A DNA stretch of 64,000 bases, taken from positions 12,967 to 76,966 of the forward strand of contig JAKSVB010000008.1 of NCBI GenBank assembly GCA_024408335.1. The letters are read 5' to 3'. The first letter of the stretch is position 1. Every line of letters begins with the position of its first letter. This DNA is from Bacilli bacterium (lineage in GTDB: Bacteria > Bacillota_I > Bacilli_A > RFN20 > CAG-826). Of the stretch, positions 51,140-59,400 are shown piece by piece. A program made the position numbers and the translations under genes. The notes beneath the pieces were generated by a model. The model saw only the letters and a program-made list of their open reading frames with translations. It made no database searches and was not told the origin of the DNA.

Positions 51140-52222
51140 TTAATCTCTTTTGATTTTCTTTCTAGCGAAAACGAATGCTTTGCTAATGAAGAAGTTGATG
51201 ATGAAGATGATGATCTCAACGACGATCTTAAGAAGGACAAGGCCGAAGTTCTTGTCGATGATTGTGTACAAGCAGTAGTCGAATAAGTAAAGGATGCCAA
51301 GGCCAAGAAGCATATTGAGGACACAGATTACCGTGTACTTCAAAGCCTTCTTTCCTAAGCCTTCGCTATTTGGGAAAACAATGAAATTGTTCATTAAGAA
51401 ATTGAATGGGCTACTGATGATTCTGCCAGAGATATATGGGATTATGACGATAAGAGGAAGGCCAATTTCCGCTCTTGCAAAGAGAGTCTCGGCAAGGGCG
51501 AAAACACCAGTATCAATTAAGAAACTAGCGATAGCGATTAAGATATAGGTGATTGGTTGTTTGAAGATTCTAAGACTATCTCTAATCGCTCTGAAATGAG
51601 AGTTTTCGTTGTTGTCATAGATTGTGTTGATGACGATTTGGGTGACGCCTTCCGCCACTCTTACGGCTTCGGCTAAGAAATTCCATTCATATTCGTAACG
51701 ATCGCCATGAACGTCGAGAGCAAGATCAAAAAGTGATGATGGGATGCCACGAAGTCCGGTTTGAGTGTCTTTGACTTCGACACGGTTAACGAGTTTGAAA
51801 TACTTTCTTGAGAAGTTATTGCCTGCTTTGTTTCTCGGTGGGCAATCAGGAGAATCAAAATCTCTGATGCCTAAAACAAGATGTCCTTTGTTTTCGGCAA
51901 TACCATCGCGGACTTTGAGAATATCTTCAAGGGTGTGTTGGCCATCGCCATCAGCGGTGACAATGCCATCGATTTCTGGGTAATTGTCCTTGATGTGTTT
52001 GAAAGCGTACTTTAAAGCGTATCCCTTACCATGGTTTTGAGGATATGAAAGAACCTCAAAATTCTCTAGGGATGCGATGCGATCAAATTCTTCTTTGAAA
52101 TCTGCTCCTGAACCATCATCGACGACGATTATCTTTTCAAAAAGATCAGGCGAGATTGTGCTTAAAAATGGATAAGCTTTGCCACAAGGCTGGTATATAG
52201 GAATTACTAATGCGAACTTCAT
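51140..52222 (-). CDS. GT2 glycosyltransferase fused to a GtrA-like domain
   Basis: VIPIY, VDDGSG, TADGDGQH, DTQTGLR; C-terminal 4 TM. Confidence 0.9.
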   Translation of the reverse strand: MKFALVIPIYQPCGKAYPFLSTISPDLFEKIIVVDDGSGADFKEEFDRIASLENFEVLSYPQNHGKGYALKYAFKHIKDNYPEIDGIVTADGDGQHTLEDILKVRDGIAENKGHLVLGIRDFDSPDCPPRNKAGNNFSRKYFKLVNRVEVKDTQTGLRGIPSSLFDLALDVHGDRYEYEWNFLAEAVRVAEGVTQIVINTIYDNNENSHFRAIRDSLRIFKQPITYILIAIASFLIDTGVFALAETLFARAEIGLPLIVIIPYISGRIISSPFNFLMNNFIVFPNSEGLGKKALKYTVICVLNMLLGLGILYLFDYCLYTIIDKNFGLVLLKIVVEIIIFIINFFISKAFVFARKKIKRD

Positions 52223-52675
52223 TTGACTCTAGGAAAAACGGATTTAGCTGAAAATGTTCATCTATCCATGGGTTTATAATATCTTATCTAAGCCTAAAGT
52301 AAACAAAAACTTTGAGAGTATCTTTAGATAAGGCCTACAAAATTCGCCTATTTTTTCACTTTGTATTAACCGAAAGGCGATCAAAATTTGCCGTTTATCA
52401 AGCGCTTCAACAATCTTCATCGCCAATCTAATCGACCAAAAAATGGACATTATCATCTCAATAGTTTTGAAACAAGAATTAATGGAGCCATATTAGCGCA
52501 TACGTTTGCGGTCATTCCTGAAATTACAACATTTTAGACAACGTTTGTTTTGCCATTCGATTCATGCGTGCACGTTAACGAGCGCCTATATGCGTTCTCT
52601 TTCTGTTTTGCGGTCATTGACCCCTACCACCGTTTCTTAACAAAAATACAAAAAAATAATTATTTGGTTGCAAAC

Positions 52676-52703
52676 AAAAAGGGAGCGGTTTTATCCGTTC
52701 CCT
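52676..52703 (-). terminator. Terminator of lipoprotein gene 52733-53800
   Basis: Minus strand AGGGAACGG-ATAAAA-CCGCTCCCT followed by Ts. Confidence 0.7.
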
Positions 52704-52732
52704 AATGCTAGCGATTACTTAAACGTGGCTGT

Positions 52733-53800
52733 TTAGAGGTAAGCAAGAAGTGGGCTGTAGGTCTCAGCTGGTTTTTCTGCTGTTGGAGCAGTGATTTCGT
52801 GAGAAGCGCCACCGTTTGACTTGTGCCAGTGTAATTGATCGTATGGGTCATTTAACTCGCCGCCAATACGGTCTTCCTTAGCGTATAAGTTGTATTCGTC
52901 AGTGCCTGGAACTGCACCTTCTTTAGCAAGGATGTCGTCTAAAGTGATGACAAGGTTGCCTGCTGTTTCAGCCTCTGTAACTGTGCAGGTTATAAGATAT
53001 GAATCTTTTTGGTGTTGTGTTTCTTCGTATGACCATGTGAACATAACGACTGCTTTGGTCATGTCGCCGCTTAATGCAACAGTAACCCATGCATCTGCGT
53101 CGAGTGAGTTGTTCCATTCACGATCGCCTTCTGCTTGGATCCAGAAGCTTGCTTTAGCAAGTTCGAGAGCGCCAGCAGCGGTTTTACTAAAGGTAAGGTT
53201 TTCAGCAAGAGCGTTGTAGAGGTCATCGTCGCCTGAGGTCTTAGCACCTTTCTTAGCGCCGAGGATTGCACCGCTTTCGCCTTGGGTGATTGCGAAGACG
53301 CAGGTCTTTGTGCCTGCAGTTGCTGTAGCTTGTGTACGGCTGTTAAGAACGATTGTGACATCGGTATCAGTGTCAGCGATTTTGACTTGACCAGTGATGG
53401 TGTTGTTTGCAGCAGCTGTGTCGAGAGTGACGTTGATTTCAGCAGTTGTTTTGCCATCTGGTGCGGTGACAACAATCTTTGTCTTGTCAGCGTTCCAAGC
53501 GCCTTTGACTTGAGCGCTTACATCGGTTTCAGCATTTTTGCTGGTGTTGATGGTGTGGGTTTCGATTTTTTTGCAGACGACACCGGTAAGGTCGGTGCCT
53601 TCCCAGATCTTGTAGCTGGTTTTTGCGCCAGCGACGTTGAGGGTGTAGGTAGTAGTTGTGCTATCCTTTGGTCCGCTTGATTTTGGAGCTGATGCAGATT
53701 TGCTTGCGGATGGCTTTGAATTTTCGGTGGTTCCACCACAGCTAGCTAACATTAAGCCAGCAGCCATACCTGCAGCTAATAAGATTTTTGAAACTTTCAT
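52733..53800 (-). CDS. Lipoprotein with Ig-like (Big_3-like) N-terminal module
   Basis: AAGGAGG SD, lipobox LASC, AKTSYKIWEGTDLTGV motif. Confidence 0.8.
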   Translation of the reverse strand: MKVSKILLAAGMAAGLMLASCGGTTENSKPSASKSASAPKSSGPKDSTTTTYTLNVAGAKTSYKIWEGTDLTGVVCKKIETHTINTSKNAETDVSAQVKGAWNADKTKIVVTAPDGKTTAEINVTLDTAAANNTITGQVKIADTDTDVTIVLNSRTQATATAGTKTCVFAITQGESGAILGAKKGAKTSGDDDLYNALAENLTFSKTAAGALELAKASFWIQAEGDREWNNSLDADAWVTVALSGDMTKAVVMFTWSYEETQHQKDSYLITCTVTEAETAGNLVITLDDILAKEGAVPGTDEYNLYAKEDRIGGELNDPYDQLHWHKSNGGASHEITAPTAEKPAETYSPLLAYL

Positions 53801-53820
53801 GTTTCCTCCTTAACTGTCTT

Positions 53821-53876
53821 GTCAAGACATACTGTAGTAAACTAATGGTAAGTTATCCATAACAGTATATCTTGAC
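53821..53876 (-). promoter_or_regulatory. 15-bp inverted repeat / candidate 5'-UTR hairpin
   Basis: GTCAAGACATACTGT-26 nt-ACAGTATATCTTGAC; the single mismatch is a U.G wobble on the minus strand. Confidence 0.55.
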
Positions 53877-54218
53877 TTTCTTGCGTTTTTTCTAGGACTT
53901 TGTTTGCTTTTTACTTCAAAATGAATTTAAAATTTTTCGAGTTAAATTATCAAAGAAACAATTTTTGAACCCCAAATAATAGCGAAAGATTTTTTCACGA
54001 TTAACGATTTGCCTCGATTGGCTGTGACTTATTTTGTTTTTGCGCGAAAAAGTGAAGGCTCGTAGCTTTCTCCATCAAAGACCAAAATATTGCCCCCGTT
54101 CACTTTTATTTTGATTCTAGCGTTACTTATAGCGTTTTAGCGGAACATTCCCAAAACCTCACGTTTCTTTTAAGAAAAGTAAACAAAAAAGGCGCCTATT
54201 GGCACCATTGTTTTGATA

Positions 54219-54309
54219 TGGCGGAGGCGTCGAGATTTGAACTCGAGCTCGGGTTGCCCCGACTAACGGTTTAGCAAACCGTCCCCTTCGGCCTCTTGGG
54301 TACGCCTCC
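54219..54309 (-). tRNA. tRNA-Ser (GCT)
   Basis: GGAGGCG/CGCCTCC acceptor stem, ACGGT-TTGCTAA-ACCGT, long variable arm, CCA. Confidence 0.95.
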
Positions 54310-54352
54310 ACGCAATGAGTAATATACACCTAATTTTCTATTTTGGCATTAC

Positions 54353-55198
54353 TTAATTTTCGAAATTGCTATTAACGCTTGATCTAGGCATTGAGGTGGC
54401 CTTGCTAAGATCAGGATATATGTATTTAACTGAATTCCAATTGAAGGACATCGTTTCAGATCCGTTTGCCCAAACTTTTTCATATTGTTTGACTAAGAAA
54501 TCATCAAACGAAGCGCTCATTGAGGTTTCTTGACCATTTTCATTGGTTACTATGTATAACTCAAGATTTCCTTCTCCAGTTGTCTGATAGAGGGATGATT
54601 TAACGTAGACGTTTGGTTTATAGGAAAGTCCTTTAAGGAAAGCGTCAATTGATGAAGGAATGGAAGAGATGGAACTAACGAAAACGTTGTCGCCTTCCTT
54701 TTCCACCGCCTCTTCAAATAAAGACGATGCGTCATCTCCTTTCACTTCGATAAACGAAGCAGAAGGTTCGGCCTTCTTTGAAGAAGATGCATTAGATGAT
54801 ACGTTTTCCTCTAAAACCGATGTGTAAGATATGAATGTTTTTTCTGAAGCGAGAGGATCAAGATAAAAGAACGAATCTATTGTGGATACCATATAAGGAA
54901 CCTTGTCTCCTGATTTAGGATCACTTTCATATGTTTTTGAGACAGATTTCGAATGGATGTAACGGTTCTTTGCCGTGTTAGCGATATCAAGGCTGACTTT
55001 TCTTTCGGTAAAAGAAACCAAGTCAATTACTTGGTATGAAGCAGAATATGTCTCAGGAGCTTTGAAAGACTTCTCTTGAACTTTAAGAACTATTCCATCT
55101 AACGTTTCTATTGCTTCAACTCTTCCAAGGCTTTTGGAACAGCCAACTAAAAAAGAAGAGAGGCATAGCAATGAGATGATAGGCTGTTTCTTTTTCAT
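54353..55198 (-). CDS. Lipoprotein, hypothetical
   Basis: Lipobox LVGC. Confidence 0.78.
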   Translation of the reverse strand: MKKKQPIISLLCLSSFLVGCSKSLGRVEAIETLDGIVLKVQEKSFKAPETYSASYQVIDLVSFTERKVSLDIANTAKNRYIHSKSVSKTYESDPKSGDKVPYMVSTIDSFFYLDPLASEKTFISYTSVLEENVSSNASSSKKAEPSASFIEVKGDDASSLFEEAVEKEGDNVFVSSISSIPSSIDAFLKGLSYKPNVYVKSSLYQTTGEGNLELYIVTNENGQETSMSASFDDFLVKQYEKVWANGSETMSFNWNSVKYIYPDLSKATSMPRSSVNSNFEN

Positions 55199-55199
55199 A

Positions 55200-55784
55200 T
55201 TACAAACTATTGTCTTTTAATAAATCGATGGCAAGATCGCCTTGTGTCTGAACGGAATGGCTTAAGAGGGCCTCTTCTGCTTCTTCCTTGCTAGCAAAGA
55301 AGCTCCAGGTGAGGGAATAGAAGAAGCTTGTGGTGAAATCCATAAGGTTCATTGATGCCGCATTCAAATCCGAATCATTAGCAAGGGCCTCGGTAAGTTC
55401 ATATACGGCAGCAGAGAATTCTGAGAAGAAGATAGGGTCAAGGGATTGATTTGCAAGGCTAGACGCCATTGCGAGGATGAAAGTCTCCTGAAGGCCTTTC
55501 ACTGAAAAGCCATCGGTGTTCATTTCATCGCTTTCATATTCGTGATAGAACTGTTTGGCGATTAAAACATCAAGCAAGAAGTCGACGAGGTCGTTCTTGT
55601 TCTCGCTCCAAACCCAACCAGTTTTATAACCATCTATATCCCTCTTGATGAAGTAAAGGAAAGAGGTCTTTTCTGTAATAGGGTCTTTTTGGAGATCGGA
55701 TTCGCTAGTAAAACGGATTTCAGGTTCAGCGCCTGTTTTCATTTTTCCAAATCCCAAGTCTTTTAAAACGTCAAACTTAATCAT
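55200..55784 (-). CDS. Hypothetical protein
   Basis: Open frame; TATCAT 6 nt before ATG 55784. Confidence 0.7.
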   Translation of the reverse strand: MIKFDVLKDLGFGKMKTGAEPEIRFTSESDLQKDPITEKTSFLYFIKRDIDGYKTGWVWSENKNDLVDFLLDVLIAKQFYHEYESDEMNTDGFSVKGLQETFILAMASSLANQSLDPIFFSEFSAAVYELTEALANDSDLNAASMNLMDFTTSFFYSLTWSFFASKEEAEEALLSHSVQTQGDLAIDLLKDNSL

Positions 55785-55858
55785 ACGAGTATGATAATAC
55801 AACAAAAGAATGAGAAGGAAAATTGATTTGCTCGCTTCTTGACTTTAAAATACTAGGC

Positions 55859-56380
55859 ATGGAGAAAAACTTTTATATCCGCATACCAGGCGAATCATAT
55901 TACTCAAACCCTCTTAACAAAGACTCGGTTTGCTTTGTTTTCGATCTTGAAAACAAGACGATCGCTTTGAATAGAAGGTCTTTGGTTAATGGCGAATTCG
56001 TCACTAAAAGCAAGAGTTTTTCCATTTCTAGAGAATGGCTCAAAATCATTGAAGACACATTAAAAGGTGAAGAGAGATTCTTCAAAGAATATCTTCCAAA
56101 ATATGATGCCGCGGATGGCCAGCGTTTCGTCCACAGCATCTTCTCATATGGAGAGGCGACAATACTCTTCCCTGATTACCTATCGAATTTTGGCAATCAA
56201 GACATATTCAAAAGATACCGCTACTACCCTGAGGCGGACAGAGTGAAATTCTATTCGATTCTTAGAAGCCTCATCTATATCGCTTTCAAAGTCACGATGC
56301 ATTACCACAAAGACTTCCCAACTTCAGGAAAGGCTAATGGAGTCATCAAAACACGTGGCGAAAAGCTCTCGTTAGAATAA
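55859..56380 (+). CDS. Hypothetical protein
   Basis: Open frame; TTGATT-17-TAAAAT-7 nt-ATG. Confidence 0.7.
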   Translation: MEKNFYIRIPGESYYSNPLNKDSVCFVFDLENKTIALNRRSLVNGEFVTKSKSFSISREWLKIIEDTLKGEERFFKEYLPKYDAADGQRFVHSIFSYGEATILFPDYLSNFGNQDIFKRYRYYPEADRVKFYSILRSLIYIAFKVTMHYHKDFPTSGKANGVIKTRGEKLSLE

Positions 56381-56383
56381 AGG

Positions 56384-56412
56384 AAAACGCTTTGCGAAAA
56401 ACAAAGCGTTTT
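56384..56412. terminator. Bidirectional terminator
   Basis: AAAACGCTTTG-CGAAAAA-CAAAGCGTTTT. Confidence 0.8.
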
Positions 56413-56425
56413 TTCGTTATGTCTA

Positions 56426-59400
56426 CTATCTAATTCCAACGGTTTCGCCTTTATCTAAGAACAAACCGTTTCTTCTAGAGCAGTTCCACATGATAGCGGA
56501 CTTGATGTAGTCGTGGCTCGTCTTTTTAAGGACACTGTAACCGAGAGCGATATTCACCTCATGGCAAAGATCCTCTAAGCTCATTTGCCCTTGCTCACTA
56601 ACGATGTCTGCAGCGCAATTACCGATTTCGATGAAGGAAATGTCCATGATCTTTCTGACGTCCCCTTCTTCCGTACTTCTCCAATACCTATGGGCATTAG
56701 GAGTCATACCGCGTGGATAAAGGAATGAACGGCCACCGCAAGTTTCGGTAACGACGTTTCCGAAATTGTTTAAGGCAAGAAGGTATTTGCTTCTGACGTT
56801 CGATCCGATTCTCGATATTCCAAAGGATTCGCGGAAACGGGCTTCGAGAAGGTCGCTTGAGATTGGGTATTCGGTACCGATTGTCTCAATGAAGAAGCCG
56901 ATGATATCTGATTCAACGAAGAAATCCTTGCCGAAACGTGGGTCATATTTGGCTTTGTTATATGGTCTCTTGTTAGGGTTAGAGATAACGACTTTCTTCA
57001 CGAAGAGAGGGTTATTTGGATTCGCTTTCTCTTCTTCGAACTTCTCACCTGCTAAAGACCTGTTATATGAGTTAACGATGGATTTGATGACTTCCTCTTT
57101 GTGGTCAAGGTACTCGACGCTGTAGAGGCGGTGTATGTTCCAGCCAAGTCTAGAAAGGACGCTTGGCTCATTGATATGGCGGTCGCGGCAAGTGAGTGAG
57201 CAATTCTTTTTGTTATCGATGATGACGCCAAGGACGTAGTCATTAGGCGATTCTTTGCTAGCGATGGCAAGATCGATTTTGAAAGTGGATGAACCAAGGT
57301 TTTCTTTTACGACAAAACCGATTTGCTCCAAGTCATTCTTGATGAAGCTTGCAATCGAAAGAGGCTCGTCACCCATTTCGTTAAGGTTACGGTTAGCAAG
57401 GGTATCTACGCCTTTTTGAGCGAAGAGGAGGAAGTCTCTTAGGTATGAAGCGCCCATGTTTTTAGCGCGTTCTGCCATGATCTCCTCAGGTTTGATTGAA
57501 CTATAGACGATCATCTCTTCTCTAGCGCGGCTAACAGCGACATTAAGTCTTCTTTCGCCTTTCTTTTGGGAAAGAGGACCGAAATTGAGCGAGATGCGTT
57601 TTTCCTTGTCTGGTCCATAGGTGACGCTAAAGAGGACGACGTCTCTTTCATCACCCTGTACGTTTTCGAGGTTTTTGACGAAGATCTTTTCTCCACCAGG
57701 CATCGATTCGAGGTTTGGATTCTTTGCAAGTTCCTTTTCGAGCATATCTTCGATGATGTTTTGTTGAGCCTCGTTAAAAGTAACGACGCCGATTGAATGC
57801 TCTCTAAGCTCTTTGTTCTTTAAGCGCTTAATGACTTCTTTAACGACTTCAACGGCTTCAGGTTTGTTGATGCCTCTTCCTCTTTCGTATTCGCCTTTCA
57901 CATATTTGAAGGAAACTGATTCAAGTTCCTCTTTTGGTGAAGGGAAAGTGAGAAGGGAATTGTCATAGAAACGGTTATTTGAGAAAGCGATAAGCGATTC
58001 GTGACGGCTTCTATAGTGCCATTCAAGTCTTTCGCGAGGGAAAGATAGGGATATCGCATCATCTAGAAGCGAATCAAGGTCCTCATCAACGCTGCTTAAG
58101 GAAGTGAGTTCCTCACCACCAAGAGTGAGGCTGCTCGTGAAGAAGTTAGTTGGAGGCATCTGTTGCTCATCGCCCGCGATGATGACAGAATCCGCCCTTG
58201 CCATTGCGCCAACGGCTTCAGATGTCGGGATTTGTGAGGCTTCATCAAAGATGACGACATCGAAATGGTATTTGTCCATGCTAAGGTACTGAGCAACTGC
58301 GACAGGCGACATCATAAAGCATGGGGTAAGAGTAAGGATGAGGTCTTTGAATTCATCAAAGATATAGCGAAGGCTTGCTCCTCTACCGCCGTTTTTGGCA
58401 AGTTTCGTAAGCTTATAAGCGCTGGTGCTTGAAGCAAATGATGAAGCGTTGCTTGGATACTTCTCAGTGATTTTGGCAGCAACAACGTTAACCGCTAATT
58501 CTTGGAGTCGGCTTACTTCGCTAACATAGTTTTTAGAGAGTTCTTCAGTTGAGGCTTTGCTAAGCGATGAGAGGCCTTTTTCTGGGAGAACATACCCTAA
58601 GAAAGCATAATATAGGTCGGCTTTGAAGGAGTTAATGAGGTCTGCCTCACTGATCTTTCCATCCATATAGTTGGCGTAGAAATCCTTAGGGAGGTATTTC
58701 TTCATGCGGTCATGGTAGGAAAGGAGGTTACACCATTCGCTAAGGCGTCCTGCGCTTCCGATGGCGTCGCTTACTTTGCCATGGAGGTATTTGAAATAGT
58801 CGTGGGTGTCTCCATATAAAGCAACGTCAAATTCATACTGGTATTTGAGGTCTTCGACTTTCTTTTCGAAAAGCTCGACGAAGGATTTGAGTTTGTTATT
58901 GAATTCGCTAAATATCGCACCTCTTCCGACGGCTTTGATGTACTCAGCAAAAGCTTCTCCGTTTCCAGAAACGAATTCCATTTGTTGCATGTTTTTAGCG
59001 ATATCGATGGTTGTTTCGAATTCGCTTAATCTGGAATCTGATTCCGCTAAAGTGGAGAAATCGTATGTTCCTAATATGTAACGGCTATAGTCATCGCATC
59101 CCTTGATCTTCTCTTGATCGAATTTGATTTCCTTAAGGATATCGATGTATTTTTTGACCCCGTCATTCTTGACTAGGTCTTTGTTTTTGGTGAATGGCTT
59201 GAATTTCTTTTTGAACTTAGAGAAGGCGAAGAGCTTCTTGAAGAAAGGAAGCTTCATGATCTCATCGTATTCGTTTGATAAGGATATTGGGTCTAATCTC
59301 GTTAAGACGTCAGTTGAGAATGCAGCAAGGACCTCATCTCTTTCCTTTGCAAGCTTAGTCTTAAGAAGCGATAACGAACGAAGTTCCTCTTCGTGAGAGA

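Noticed and set aside
37169-54309. Prophage or island integrated at tRNA-Asp/Gly/Ser
   Set aside because: No integrase, phage genes or direct repeat of a tRNA 3' end noticed
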